Shown piece after piece: positions 49,606 to 64,000 of a stretch of 64,000 bases of DNA. Position numbers and translations under genes: made by a program. Origin of the DNA: Cystobasidiomycetes sp. EMM_F5. Its lineage: Eukaryota. Each line of letters begins with the position of its first letter. Positions within the stretch are counted from its first letter, which is position 1. A model generated the notes under the pieces. The model searched no databases. It saw only the letters and a program-made list of their open reading frames with translations, and had not been told where the DNA came from. Location: assembly GCA_051047955.1 (NCBI GenBank), contig JBPGPT010000006.1:1-64000 (forward strand). Direction: 5' to 3'.

Positions 49606-51661
49606 TCATGGCTTGTGTTGTTGGGTAGTATTACTTGTGGTAGCAATTCTTCCGTCCAAGACCACATTTAGCGGGGATTTTGCCTGGGAGATTGTCCGTA
49701 TCAGCATTCTGCACAGCATCAGAGTGTATGGATTGCACTTACTTGTACCCACGAAATAAACACGTCGGCCTGAGCGCCGAGAGCTGATGGGCACGTCTCT
49801 GTCAGATCAGGCACTTTTACCAGGGACAAACTCGGGGCTTACTGGCTCCAGGAGCAGAAGGTGCATTTGGAAATATGAAATCACCTGTGCAAAGGAGGAA
49901 GATCCGGATCAGCCTCCGAAAATCACCTTCACCGAGATGACTGAAGAAGACTTATCCTGTAGCGATGAAATCGAGCGTCACAATGGTGTAGGTTTTGCTG
50001 AAATCGACGTCGGCGCCTCCGATATTAAGCGAGATCAAGCGAGATCCGACTGGATTGGTAGGGTTGTAGGTGAATCGGCATTCGCTGGACACTTGAATGA
50101 AGGAAGTAACTGTTTGCCCGACGGAATTGACCTTGCTGACGACTCCTTCGAAGATACTCCACAATTGACGACCCGTGAATTGTACGTCGACCAAATTATT
50201 GCCGAAAGGAAAGGTGTTGAGCACTTCTCCGCGTGTTACATCAGGCGCATCCATCGGAGCTCTGATGCCGCCGGAATTATGCATTGCGAAATCGACTTGC
50301 GCGCCAACGTTTCTTCGAAAGTAGACCATAGAGTCTGTGACAGCATCCCCAAGCGTACATTCCATTTGCTGGCATGTTGTTTGCACCAACTCTGACGCCG
50401 TTTGACCTACTACTTGCTGGTTGAATGCATCGAAGGGGGTCCTCCAGCTGACAATTTGATTTTGTAATGTCTGATCTGTAACGATTGTAGCGGAGAGTAC
50501 ATCAGCAACACGCTGCATGGCCGCGGAGGAGATTCCCTACTTTGCGGTACGTCTTCAGTCATATTGATGGGTGCGCCAGTATAAGCCAAGATTCTGCCTG
50601 TTGTTTCTTCGTATGTCACCTGGATCTGGCCCAACTGCTGGCCCCATCTCCAAGCAGTGACAACGAAGACGTCTTCTCCATCCAAATTTTTTACAATGGT
50701 AGGGTATGCGCCCGCTGCAGCAGAATCGTTACCGAGTCTTGTGTGTGAGTGTCCGCCGATAATGAGCCCAATGTTTCGGGTAGATTTGGCCAAAGCAATA
50801 TCTTCGTCGTAGCCGATGTGTGTTAATGCAACGACACGCTTTACGAGTCCGTTGCCTGGTCCTAGCCGTGACTGTAACAGGCCATCGACAGTTGGTTGGA
50901 GACTGCTTACGTATGGTTCGAAGGTAGTGCCAGGCCCTGGGCTGGAAATGCCACGAGTGGTGTTCGTCGTAACAGCCACGATGGCGAGGTTGTGTTCAGG
51001 GACGATCAGGTAGGGCTGAAGGCGAGCAGCCAGTGCCGTGTTATTTGTTTTCACATTTGTCGAGATTGTTGGCATCGTCAGGTTCTGAAGGAACCTGGCA
51101 AGGAAATCATCGCCTCCATCGAATTCATGGTTCCCCAATGTGAACGCAGTCATGTTTAGCTGATTGAGCGTGGCTGCAATCTTCTCCCCACCATAGAAGG
51201 AGTAAAATGCGGTGCCCTGATAGGACGTAAGTAAGGCATGGAGTGAGGGAGACAGTGTTTTACGCACCTGGAACTCGTCACCTGCATTCAAGAACAGAGT
51301 GTCGGGTCTTTGAGCTCGAATCTGGTTTGCGCGTGATAGGATTCGAGAGTAGCCTCCAAAACACGGTACTTTGGTAACGTTATTCAATGTCGATGTATTC
51401 CGCGGACAATCTACGCCTGTATGCAGCCCGTACTCAGTTTTTGCTTGAACGAAGTAGACAGGCTTTCGACTTACCTGTCGATCTATATTCATCCAAGTGC
51501 GCATGCACGTCGTTTATATGAACTACATTAATAGTCTTGGTTGCTTGCTGTTGACGCTTGTGCAGAGCATATCGACTAGAGACGAGGTAGTCGTCCGCCA
51601 GTACTGATGCAGATAGAGTCAAGGCTGTTACAGCGGTGTATACTGTTCCAAATAAGAGCAT
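49606..51661 (-). CDS. Secreted 5'-nucleotidase/apyrase-family metallophosphoesterase
   Basis: Signal peptide, HINDVHAH, NAGDEFQGT, LGNHEFD, THIGY, GGHSHT, NSGGIRA, FPFGN, and C-terminal SPLNVVLDGRI. Needs a non-canonical intron at 49887-49955. Confidence 0.92.
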
Positions 51662-52439
51662 GGTGGACAGCAACTCGGAAGGTGTGTGTGTACTTGTGAA
51701 GCTGGATACGGTGTCGTCCTGTCTGGACAGAGAGCTTCAGCTATCTACGGGGCCTGCTCCGGCCTGGTCAGTATACGAAGGCAACGTGTTAGTTTGGACA
51801 CAAATGTCCGTGTGCTTTCCGTCTCAGCAAAATAGCCACTATCAACGTTTCATAGCTCTTTCGTGGGAGAGCACGATGCCAAGCCACCGGCTTCCAAACG
51901 CGTAAAGTAGACTGAATTGACCGGCCAATGCAGCTTCTATCGTATACGGTTGCGGCGCGCCAGTATCGCACAACATTCAATGTGCTTGCGTCAAAGCCTG
52001 ACGAGCTCGTTGTAAGAAGACGGTTGCTTGTTTACGGGTCTTGAGGAAGAAAGATTGGCACGTGCGGCTGTCAGCTGGATCAATACGGACAGCACTGCAA
52101 GATGCGTGAAGCTTTTTGCGCAACGATCCAGCATGGCAACAGTATGCTAGCACGCTACCAGCCAGGTCTTCAGCTCTGGGAGACCCTTTAACGGCCGTAC
52201 TGCGAATTTACCTTCGGCAACGACGGCAAGCCTCCAAAACAACTTCTTCTCGATATGTGGATGTTGGCAGGTCAGAAGCAATGCAAACATGCGCTTGTTA
52301 GCAGCACATAGACGCGCTGTGAATCCTCATAAGCTGCGACTTGAGCTGAACTCCAAATTGCCGTCCGCCGTTATGTCCTGATCGCTAAAGATTGTTGTGA
52401 CCGCTCGGCGAGCTGCCAACAACGAGGGCTGTACCAACC

Positions 52440-53745
<1,306 letters not shown>

Positions 53746-54180
53746 CTGGATTACCATGGTCCATCAAACAAAAAACGCGGATCTACTCCGACAGAACGGG
53801 CCATCGAGCTTACTCTAGACCATCTAGAAGCGTTGTTATATATCATCGAATAGAGTCTGGACCATTACTCTGCCCATTCTTTATTGTTTGCTTTCTCCGA
53901 CATGATACTTCTCCTCTTGACCAAATTGGACCACCTTTCAGACGGAGAGCTGCCTGCTCTTCGGGCAGCCTGAGCCAGTCACTGCGACTGCTCAGAACGG
54001 TCGTCAACGTTGAGCGACGCACCCGCGCACCACGACAAACCGTCAAAACCCAATGACTATGCTGCTGAAAAACCCTTGAAACTGCTGCGAAAGCCTCCGG
54101 GCCCGCAACTGCCAAAGCCTCAGCCGGCCAGGCGACGTTGGCTATACGTTCTGGTCACCAAGCTCGCAGTGGAGGACGCA

Positions 54181-55692
<1,512 letters not shown>

Positions 55693-55986
55693 TGCTGGAT
55701 GCACCGTGCTTCAAAGTAACCCGAGTAGTCGGTATAACATCGATTTGACGGCCGCAGCGGTTGTCAGTCATGTTATCGGAGGTCTTCAGTATACTATTCG
55801 TTTAATCTGTTCAGTCAAGCTACAAGACAGTCTGGTCGCATGTACAGTATGCTGCAAGCAGACTTCCCGCATCCTCATTCACCATCTCGTTGTTGATATA
55901 TTTTGACGGACAGGGGCATCGTCCAATATTCCCCACATCTATCTTCGATCTGTCTATACTGAATGAACAATATTTGTTGCAATTGA

Positions 55987-56930
55987 TTATGATGTCACGC
56001 GCAATTGCATTCTTCCTTTATCTGTCCAGGTTACCAACAAGCTCTCCAAAGTGTCGACAACATGTGTTGCTCCCAACCCTTCCAATTGCTGTCGTGTATG
56101 GCTCGTACACACGCCTATCGTGATCGCTCCAGCTGCTACACCAGCCTTGATGCCGGCTGGCGCGTCTTCGACGACAACGCACGTCTTGATGTCTTTTCCC
56201 AGCGCCGATGCACCGTTGAGGTAGGGTTCGGGATCCGGCTTGCCCTTTTTACAGTCGTCCGAAGCGACGAGATATTTTGGGACGGGCAGACCAGCAGTAG
56301 CTAGAGCTTCAGCTGCAAATTTGCGACTCGCTGAGGCCGTTCGTTTGCGTATTAGTATAGCATAGTGTGTGATCCCAACAGACGAACTCACCGCTGGTGC
56401 AGATTGTGTACGCCTTCTCCCCGCTTGCATGGTTTTGTATTTGGTCCAACAGGCGATGTACACCAGGAAGGACGACGATGCCTACTTTGCCTTGTCTGAC
56501 AAAGTCTTTTGCGTTGTCCAGCAATTCCAGCTCGAACTCGGTCGCGTAATTTTGGATCTCCGTCTGCACACAAGTATGCTCGAAGGAGTCAGCTCTCGTA
56601 TGTCTTTCCTAACAAGAGTCCAATCACTGGAGAAGCTTCCGGGAACCACTTCTTGCAAGTATCGACCATGCGAATGCCCTGCTGGACTGTCAGCAGGATG
56701 CGCATAGGGAGCGACAGTCGAACGCACATGAGGATGATCAGGTTCTATGATATTGTAACGGGCCTTGAATGTCGTGAATGTGTAATCAGCAGCAATCGTA
56801 GAACTGACGAGGGTTCCTGCAGAATTTGGGCAATCAGACCAGACATCCAGTGTACGTCTGATCATGGGATCAGGTGCGCACCGTCCATATCAAATAGGAA
56901 AGCGTCAACAACATGTTCGGAGACCATCAT
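55987..56930 (-). CDS. HAD-superfamily phosphatase (Gpp1/Dog1-like)
   Basis: FLFDMDGTLVSS, LPG, ICTSA, GKPDPEPY, VVVEDAPAGIKAG. Confidence 0.88.
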
Positions 56931-57203
56931 GATTATAGAGACAGAACGAAGAACTTGCGCAGAGCTGTAAAAGCCAAAGCCATCTCGTCAACATCAGTCT
57001 GCAAGTTTGGGCAACATAGATTCAGGCACCAAACAGTCCGCTAACCGAAGCCGGCATAGCTGAAGTACGGGTAGAGGACAGAGTAAGTGTTCAATGTACA
57101 CTGATAAGCACCCTGAGATCCATTCTCAGTCTCCTACAACAGGCTACATGGGCTGGCTGAAAGCAACCGAAAGCGCGGAGGCAAAACGGGAACTCCGACG
57201 GTG

Positions 57204-60200
57204 TCAAGACTGGAACAATTCCAGCACTTTCACGTTCACCCTCACAGCGTTTGAGAACCCTATAAGATAAAGGTCGTCACTTTCTGCAGGACTCTGCTAC
57301 ATGTAACGCCATACCTTCGTGGAATTTGTAGGATACCCGAGGACGCTTCGCAACTGGCTCAACTGGCGCGTCGACTATATATTCCGTCAGCCTTCTCTTC
57401 GCTGTCACCTACTGTTACTCACAGGCTTGCTTATCACCTTCAAGTGTCGGCGCTGCCAAAGCCTTGACCACAACCGGTCTTCCAAAGAAATCCAGAGCGG
57501 CCTGTTTAGACACCTTTGTTTTAGAGACGGCGCATTTAGTCTGCTCGACCAGATCCTTACCGCCTCTTTGCCCGGTTTTGCGTGCTCGTCGGCCTTTCTG
57601 TAAGCATTCATGATACTACCCACAGTTTTCGCGTTCTCAGTGCCGTCGCCTTCCGTGCCAGACGCCTTCCGCATTGCTTCAGCCTCTAGCTCCTTTGAAA
57701 TCAACTGTCGTAGGTTAAAACGAGGAGGTGGGATATCCGCTGGACGCTTCCCCTCAAAGTAGGCGAATGTTTCCAGTCGCGGCTCTAAAGTATATATGAT
57801 CTGCCCTTCCTCATTCCGATCTTGCACGAAGTTAAGGTTGAAATCGGACATCACGCGCAGTAGCTTCTTTAGAGTCAAGCGATCTTCGCCCTTGACGAGT
57901 TGTTGATTGACCTTCGCAACCCATCAGTATCGTGCCACACCGCTACAGTAAAATATTTAAGCGGTGGAGCGTACCGGTTTGAGGTCAGGCGAGATAATGC
58001 GGGCCAAGAGAGGAGCTAGCTCAACAGCGATACTGGTCATCGTGAATGACGCTCGTAAGTGAGGCGGCAGATTCGAGCGAACGGCTTGCGCAATTTCTTC
58101 CTGACTGCTTCGTTGAACGAACATCTAGATCAAGTCGCTTCAGTGCAATATAGCGCAACAGCAATAGCAAGACCTACATCATAGTCCGTTTTGGGCCATT
58201 CGGGTGTCTTGTTTGTTACGGCAGCGAAAAGAGGATTCCACGCCACGAATGCATACGGGATATAGGGCATTACACTATAATCTTGTTCCGATCGCAAACG
58301 CCCATCCAGGCGGTCGTAGAATGCTAGCCAGTCGAGGCCTTTCTCGATAGCTCGCAAGCCATCTGCGGGACTCTTGCCCTTCAAATAGCTCTCGAAACAG
58401 GCTATCGTTGGCAGTCAGTACACACAGGGGTTCGCAGATAGTCAAAGCTTACTCAGAGCCAGCTTGTCATATTCTCCACAGGTTGAAATATCTCGCAATA
58501 GATTGTTGATGTACTTTCCATCGGTCGACTCTTCTGTATGCAGGGTTGAGAAAGGCGCTGCCTGTTCACAAGAAAAGTCTCACCTATTCCCTTCAAACGT
58601 TTCTTAGCTGGAATTTTGAACAGCTTGTCCCAGGTCGCTAATACCGAGGTAGAGGTGTCCTTGAGACCAAGAGCGGTTTGTTTGATGATCCTTACATCGA
58701 GATTATCTGTCTGTCGTCGAATGATTTGCAAGGTATTCAAACAGTTACGGATATCACCGTCGGACGCTTCGATCAGCGTCGTCAGGCTTTTGCTATCCGC
58801 TTTCATGCCTTCCAGATCGCAGATATCGCGTAATCGTTTGGAGAGATGCGCAGTTGTGGGCGGCTGAAAACGTACAATACGAGCCATTTGTCGCAAGGGT
58901 CGTAGAACAGGAGCGTATCTGCAGAGACGTCAGCTTACGAAGAGTGCTGTGCAACAGTCACTGCGACAACGTACAGGTCGTTACAGATGCAGATGATGGG
59001 GCGAACCAGAGGCTGCGCATCCTTCTTCTTACTGTTCTTGTATGGGGAAGTCCTGCTACCGTCTACGATAAGCTTGATCAAGCTCCGCACGAATCCGGAG
59101 GCTCCGCCCCCGGTAGCACCATCTATCTCATCAATAACAAGACACGTAGGCTTGGAGCTTGAGAGCGATCCCAGGTTGGTCAACGCTCGCGATTCCAGCG
59201 AATTCCGAATCTTGTCGTGGACGACCGTACCTGAGCGATCATCTGATGCGTTGACTTCGACTACTTGATAACCAGCTTGTGTCGCTATGACATGAGCCAG
59301 TGTTGTTTTGCCCAACCCCGGAGGTCCTGTCAGGAGTAACACTTTATCGAGTGGTCGCTTCAGTGGATCCTGATTCTCCTTGTTTTGCCCAAACATAGAT
59401 GTGCTCGTTGTAGGGGCAGACCTCTTGAGCGTTTTCTTTTTGGGCGGTGCAGACTTGAAGACGCAGCTATCCCACTCCTTGAGCCATGACATGGCTTGAC
59501 GATGCATCCGCTGGACTCGAAACTGAGCAAATCGCTTCCAAGGCCGATTGCTGCCACTCACCTCGTCTCCAAGCAGATCCGTGAATGTTTTTGGCCGATA
59601 CCTGTCTGTCCAGATATCTGGTCTCTCCTTGCCTTTTCCTTTGGCAGCAGACTTCCACGCCGCATTATGATTTCTTTGCGGAGCTGCATCAGCCTCGCGA
59701 AGAGCCTTCTCCACAAGCTGTTTTTCGATCTTCTCCGTTAGTCTGTGTATCGGCATTGATAAGAGCGACATTGCAAGCTTTCCAAGCTCATTCGGATCTT
59801 TATCATCATCTTCCGGCGTCTGTGAATGTAGGCAGTGTTGTCGGCTTGATTGTGTATATAGCAGAAGTTGCTCCTACTCACCTCGCCGACAAGAGCATTT
59901 CCGCGCTGTCTACGGAATCGCATCTTCTTGCCACTGTATGTAGTGCCAGACAGCAACATGTGCTGATTGTAACGACTTCCCAGGTCTAGATTTGAGACAT
60001 CGATGCTTCGCTTTCCGGCCCCGTTGCGAATCAGCTGTGAGACGCTCGGCAACCCTTCCGACTCGTCATCATCATCGCCGTCCGTCACGAACGCAGATCG
60101 AGGATGTAATTGCGTAGATGTCGAAGCTTGAGCAGCTGTTGTGAAAGCAGGGTCCTCTGCAAAGTCCATATCATCGTCCTCCACGTCGTCTGTAAGGGCG

Positions 60201-60563
60201 GGAGTATGCGTCGTCACGCTTTCGGATGTTAAAGGATGGTGTTCATGGGCATGAGGTGCCATAAAAGACATGTCTTCCTCTAGTTCCTCATCACTGTCCT
60301 CATGCGGGTGCGCCAAATGAGCAGACGGCCTTGAAGGCAAGGCGCTTGGTCTCGGCGGAGTTGGCGCGTACGCAAAGGAGTCATCTTCCTCGAGTACGTC
60401 GTCAATTATTGCAGATTCTTTTACAGGCCGTCTGGAAGGAGTGACGCCTAATTTGACATTGTCAATATACGCGCAGTTTCGAAAGAAAACAAAACATGCC
60501 CAACTCACCGAGCGCATTCAGGGCGTCTACAGCGGACACGGGAGAGCTGAGCATCGCATTCAT
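57204..60563 (-). CDS. CTF18: Chromosome transmission fidelity protein 18 (RFC-like AAA+)
   Basis: WTDRYRPKTFTDLLGDE, WLKEWD, GPPGLGKTTLAHV, EVNASDDRS, IDEIDG, RPIICICNDLYAP, GDIRNCLN, C-terminal FHEGFSNAVR. Confidence 0.94.
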
Positions 60564-60709
60564 GGTTCGAGCATGCACGGGTCAGCGTCGAGCAATCATC
60601 AGCAAATCAGTCTAGGCTGAGCGAAGGATGGCCTCGCAGCTGTTTACGCGACTTCAGACAACGATCGAACAGCCAACAGCTTGTTCGCGAGCCAAACGAC
60701 GAGCGAGTC

Positions 60710-61542
60710 ATGGTCAGCCATGTTTCTGAGTCGGAATAAGAGGATTGACTGTATCGCTGACTCGAACGGCCTCTGCAGTCGGTCACTTTCAAGACGACTC
60801 ACGGCGAGCTCAAGGTGCGTTTGGCTAGACTCGTATGGGAGTCGTGGATTGACGGCTTTTCACAGATTGAAGTGTTCTGTGAGGCAGTGCCGAAAGCTGC
60901 AGAGGTGTGCAGACTATGGACGCCGTCGTGCTTGATCTAGACGCTGATACTGGAGGGTGGCGCAGAATTTCCTAGGATTGTGTGCAGCTGGCAAATACGA
61001 CAATACGAAATGGTTCAAGAATATCAAGGGCTTCATGATCTTAGTGAGTGCATTTCCTTGGAAGCATCCGCCTATCGCTGATGTAGAGCTCAGTCTGGTG
61101 ATCCTTTAGGGACAGGAAAAGGCGGACAATCCATATGGGGAGAACCTTTCAACGACGAGATCAGGTCAACGCTACGAGTGAATACACTTTGCTCGTCATT
61201 CCGCATGCTTTCTATTTCCTGACTCTGTCTACACCAGTTTAACGGCAGAGGGGTAGTGGCCATGTCTAACTCGGGGCCAGATACGAACAAGTAGTCGCGA
61301 GCCTCTCTACACTCGCGTCTCGCAAGCTGACTGGTCTCCTCCCTTCCAGATCCCAATTCTTCATTACGTATGCAAAGCAGCCGCACCTAGACTCAAATTA
61401 TACCATCTTGGGAAGAGTGATTGATGGTCAAGACTCAACGCTGGACTCGATGGAGCGTGTGCCGGTAGACGCAAAAAACAGGCCAAAGGAGGAGATCAAG
61501 ACGTTAGAGGTGGTTGTGCATGCGAACCCGCTTGCGACGTAA
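60710..61542 (+). CDS. PPIL3: Cyclophilin PPIL3/Cyp10 (7 exons; first coding exon is only ATG)
   Basis: Hand-spliced [33 protein letters not shown]...[18 protein letters not shown]...[29 protein letters not shown]...HANPLAT*. All introns are GT-AG. Confidence 0.93.
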
Positions 61543-61825
61543 TACCATAACGATGAGCATACAAGGCAATGACATACGCATCCTCGAAGTTGTGTGGTTT
61601 CAGTAAGTTATGTTGTTGTTCGATAGCGTGGACACGAGAAGTATCGACATCATGGTCGACTAGACTCACCCGATCCCAAGCATTTACGGAGACTGTCGCA
61701 ACTGTCCGAAGGACCATGGCTAACTTTGCCAGATCATAGCGTAGAAGACGCCCAGAACATAAGAATAACCTGCATTATGGGCATACCGATACACACAACT
61801 TTCTTCTGTTCTCGTCTGAAACTCT

Positions 61826-62856
61826 TCATGCACGCCCGCGTAACAGACCAACAAGTTCGCCTTGAAGACCTTTTCTCTTACTCTCCTCGCCCGCCCCTCT
61901 TAGAATTCGAATATCGTTGACTACGTCTCGTGTTTTGGCAAAGTAGACATCCTGCAGCAGTCCGCGCATCTTGATCTCCTGATCCTCAATCATTCTGCCA
62001 ATGTTGCTGATGTGTGATGGGTTGATCGAGGTAGACGTGGTAGCGTATGAAGCTGTGGTATCTAGGGGATACGATTGTTCCATCTGCCGGGTCATCGACC
62101 CGCCCAGTGTTAAATCGCCCAACGTCTCAGATCCGGCTTTGTTCATGTAGAGCATAATCTTGGATGGCACGACAGGCAAGACAAGCAGGTCAGTACAGCT
62201 GCTTTGAAATTGCGGAAAACAGCCTACCGTGCTCGTTAGCTTGTACGTGCCCTGCCTGCTCTTCTCGGAAGCCTCAAAGACGTGTATCGAGTCCCAAGCA
62301 CCGCTCGTCTGCCCATCACCGCCCTTGCTCGTCTTCTTGAGCAGAACTACGCCGGCAAACGAAGTACCACTGCTGTCCTCGAGATCCCACAGATACACGG
62401 ACGAGATGCCTGTTCCTTCGTAGTACATTTCGCGGTACACGGCAAAGGCATCATTCGCGGCCTGCTCGAGGTTTCGCAGCTTTGTAGACGGAACAGTACC
62501 GCTGGGAATAGGTGGGATGTATTCGTTTGTCCAGGGTGATCTGGGCGGAATTGCAACCCACAACCCTACGTCAGTTCGGTGACATCGCAAACAGAGGTCA
62601 ATCCCACGCACCGGTGAGCATCGCCCGAGCCTTGACCATCATCCTCCACCTCTGCAGAGTCGCGGTTGAAGTCGCAGGCGAGAAACTCGCGGCCAGACCC
62701 GTCGACGAGGACCTTTAGCGGCTGGTCGACGGACGACAGCAGCTGGTCGGCCGTCTCATTGTACGGCCCGCCGAGGCAGTCGACTATGCGAGCCATGTGC
62801 TCCTCGAGCTGCCATGGCGGGAGTCTCCGTGCCAGGTCGAGCAGCTCGTCGACCAT
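61826..62856 (-). CDS. CAP2: F-actin capping protein beta subunit
   Basis: LDLARRLPP, LLSSVDQPL, FLACDFNRD, RSPWTN, YREMYYEG, SSVYLWDL, WDSIHVFE, HISNIGRMIED. Confidence 0.95.
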
Positions 62857-62936
62857 ATTTTGCGACTGGGTTGTGTCGCGTTGAAAAGGTGTCCACTTGA
62901 ACTTGATTCAGCTTTCAGTCAAATGCAAACATAAAC

Positions 62937-63921
62937 ATGGCCAGGCCAACGCTGCGGCATGCACCGCTGAGCGAGCGTATACTCCAACTCGTGCGGGCGA
63001 GGCTGTCGGTGCCAGTCATCACATCGCTGCTTTTGCTGCCCATTCTGCCAGCATCGCAGCGCAACCTGGTCTTTGAGGTTTTGCCCTTCTGGCGGTCACT
63101 GAGCGTGCTTCTGGCAAGGGAATCCGCTACGAGCAGTGCGCGGCGTAGAAGGCAACTCGCTGATCTCCAGCAATGGCTCGCGTACTGGCTCATTTACGCC
63201 GTCTTGCGATTCTGCGAACAGACCAGACTGGCCGTGTCGAGGCACAATCGTCCGGCGTTTATCAGTATGCACACCGTCAAGCACCTGGTGCGCCAGTCGC
63301 TCGCACGCATACAACGACAAAGTATACCTCCTTCGATATCTACAGCCGACGTCACACCATCCCCTGCAGCTGCCGCTGTTGCCCTACCTTATCAACCCGT
63401 ACCTACTCTGGCAACGCAGATAGCGGGCACGGCAACGCGATGGACAGTTGTCAAGTGCATACTTCTCTTTTACGCAATGGATAATGAACTGCAAGGCGCT
63501 AGATGGATACTCGAAAAGCTCTTGAAGCCCTTTGCTTCCTTCTTCAAAAGTGTCGACGACCCTGCAGATTTGACGTGGGACGGGACGGATACCAGCAGGG
63601 ACCGCTCACAACGGCGGCATAGACCAAGATCCAGCGTTACAGATGGTGTGGAGAAGACTGACCAATCAGACAAGGACGAGGCGGTACGTACGTCGAGCCA
63701 TCTGGCTGCATATCACGCGCCATCTGAAACTTCACTCTCAGCTATGCACCCCAGCTCTCAGTATCGACATGAGCAGCACGAGCAGCTATGGGACCAGCCG
63801 CGATGAGATACAGATTACGCGAAACGCGTCTTCACACCCATCAGGACATGCGGAGAAAACGGCCAGCTGGACTATCGATGGGCTTGCAGAACATACGGAA
63901 GGCAGTATTTGGGTAGACTGA
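62937..63921 (+). CDS. REEP/Yop1/HVA22 (TB2/DP1)-like membrane protein
   Basis: QQWLAYWLIYA and GARWILEKLLKPF resemble TB2/DP1/HVA22 motifs. The end is at 63921 if intron 63684-63741 (GTACGT...CAG) is spliced, otherwise at 63806. Confidence 0.55.
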
Positions 63922-64000
63922 GTGAAGGTAGACAGATAGCGTGGTCTGTCTGTTGGTGCTTGTTGTTGTTTCAGTCACCATGTATCTTGATCAGTGCTGG

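Noticed and set aside
49952..49954. In-frame TAA suggesting the 5'-nucleotidase is truncated or a pseudogene
   Set aside because: The TAA falls inside the proposed AT-AC intron, and the downstream exons are intact and conserved.

Overview
Intron-rich, very gene-dense eukaryotic DNA with short (mostly about 50-80 nt) GT-AG introns and CTRAY branch sites. Gene content and protein style indicate a basidiomycete fungus with a compact genome; a Pucciniomycotina species such as Mixia is an inference, not confirmed. I can support 27 protein-coding genes: a divergent Upf1-like helicase fragment, a Cap64/Cas3-like SGNH protein, ARB1, a PPR protein, PAM18, a 1392-aa PAM2/RGG protein ending in a Mim1 domain, an acyltransferase, eIF3e, UreF, QCR8, VPS15, a WBP4-like zinc finger, DUF3455, a Gfo/Idh/MocA oxidoreductase, an Stf2/HABP4-like protein, YKT6, a small CaaX protein, EF-2, an RNF126-like RING ligase, 5'-nucleotidase, LEU2, SIW14, a HAD phosphatase, CTF18, PPIL3, CAP2 and a REEP/HVA22-like protein, plus two hypothetical genes. 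QCR8, PPIL3, the Stf2-like gene and the CaaX gene are not recovered by the ORF track and were assembled by hand from exons. The most interesting signals are the in-frame fusion of PABP-binding PAM2 motifs to the mitochondrial insertase Mim1, an AT-AC intron needed for 5'-nucleotidase, an apparent TT-AG intron in EF-2, and a PPIL3 with its catalytic residues substituted. No tRNA, rRNA, CRISPR array or recognisable transposon was found. All family calls come from motif recognition by eye, not database searches.
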